Assembly (NCBI GenBank): GCA_002189035.1
Contig: NEEC01000010.1
Span: 434,001-498,000 of the forward strand
Direction of reading: 5' to 3'
Length of the DNA stretch: 64,000 nt
DNA from: Utricularia gibba
Taxonomy: Eukaryota; Plantae; Magnoliophyta
Both the position numbers and the translations under genes were made by a program. Under the pieces are notes generated by a model. That model ran no database searches. It saw only the letters and a list, made by a program, of their open reading frames with translations, and was not told the DNA's origin. Position 1 is the stretch's first letter; each line of letters begins with the position of its first letter. This document shows positions 63,173 through 64,000 of this stretch, in pieces.

Positions 63173-64000
63173 AGATTCATAGAATGAGGATGAAGCATTG
63201 ATTGAAGTATCAAGTAGCATTTCAATATTAAAGTTATGTTGGTTAATTAGACTATAATATGCAAGATACATTTGGTTTTTCTTCTTTACGGCTTGAGATA
63301 GCTAATTTCCAAATTCATAAGAGAGAGAGAGAGGACTTGGTGACAAGAGCAAATTAACTTAGTTTCGCTTTATACTTATCCAATATTCAGTATTGCTACT
63401 TTAGTTCAAATTATACATATAACTATGTCCTTAGTTTTATTTTATTATGTAATGATTCTGCCTTCCATCATGCGAGGATAGGTTTAGAAAATGTCTTAAG
63501 GGAAACAAAGGTGATGTTGGTTGAATCCATAGTTTTTATCATAATTTTCGAATAACTACTATCAATAGTGTTGGATAGATCTAAGGGATATAACAATCAA
63601 TAGCACAATCAATACCAAAGAACCTCGTTAAACCTAGGTACACCACACATCTTAAGTTACCTTAAGACATCATACTTTTTTTCTATATAAAAACTTTAGT
63701 CTATTACCTTTTGCAATGTTATCTATTTTAAATTACCCATCTAGTGTGCTAATGTTAATTTAGCTCAAGATTAAAATAGAAATTATTTTGAATATTGCAT
63801 TTCAAAAAATATATTTCAAACACCTACTCTTTATGATCAATCCCAATGTCGTTATACATTTTACAGTCGAAAATGTTTCTATATCAAATGAGATTATAAA
63901 TTTTATTTGAAATGAAAATTTATTTTTGTCAATAATTTTTTAAAAAAAAATTATCAAATGGCATTTCAATTATTTTTCAAAATATTTTTAAATAAATGAT

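Overview
AT-rich plant nuclear genomic DNA, mostly nested and decayed transposable elements, with four host genes. These are an FT-like PEBP gene (25851-26668, +) isolated among TE remnants, and a compact island of an alpha/beta-hydrolase (-), an A20/AN1 stress-associated protein (-) and TAF12 (+). The main structure is a 13.8-kb hAT element (4363-18135; 17-bp TIRs; perfect 8-bp TSD GTCTCAGA) inserted in frame-restorable fashion into the gag gene of a Tat-type Ty3/gypsy retrotransposon. It carries a decayed hAT transposase, an extra internal inverted terminus, PIF/Harbinger genes, a ~165-bp tandem array and unusual cargo. The cargo is an intron-containing pseudogene that appears to fuse a 'gypsy-type transposase'-like domain to an FCP1/NIF HAD phosphatase-like domain, plus a second copy of the first domain. 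Eight solo LTRs with matching 5-bp TSDs were traced by eye, including a three-layer nest inside a second, old hAT transposase. No intact LTR element was found. Family and domain calls rest on motif recognition, not database searches, and the boundaries of decayed remnants are approximate.
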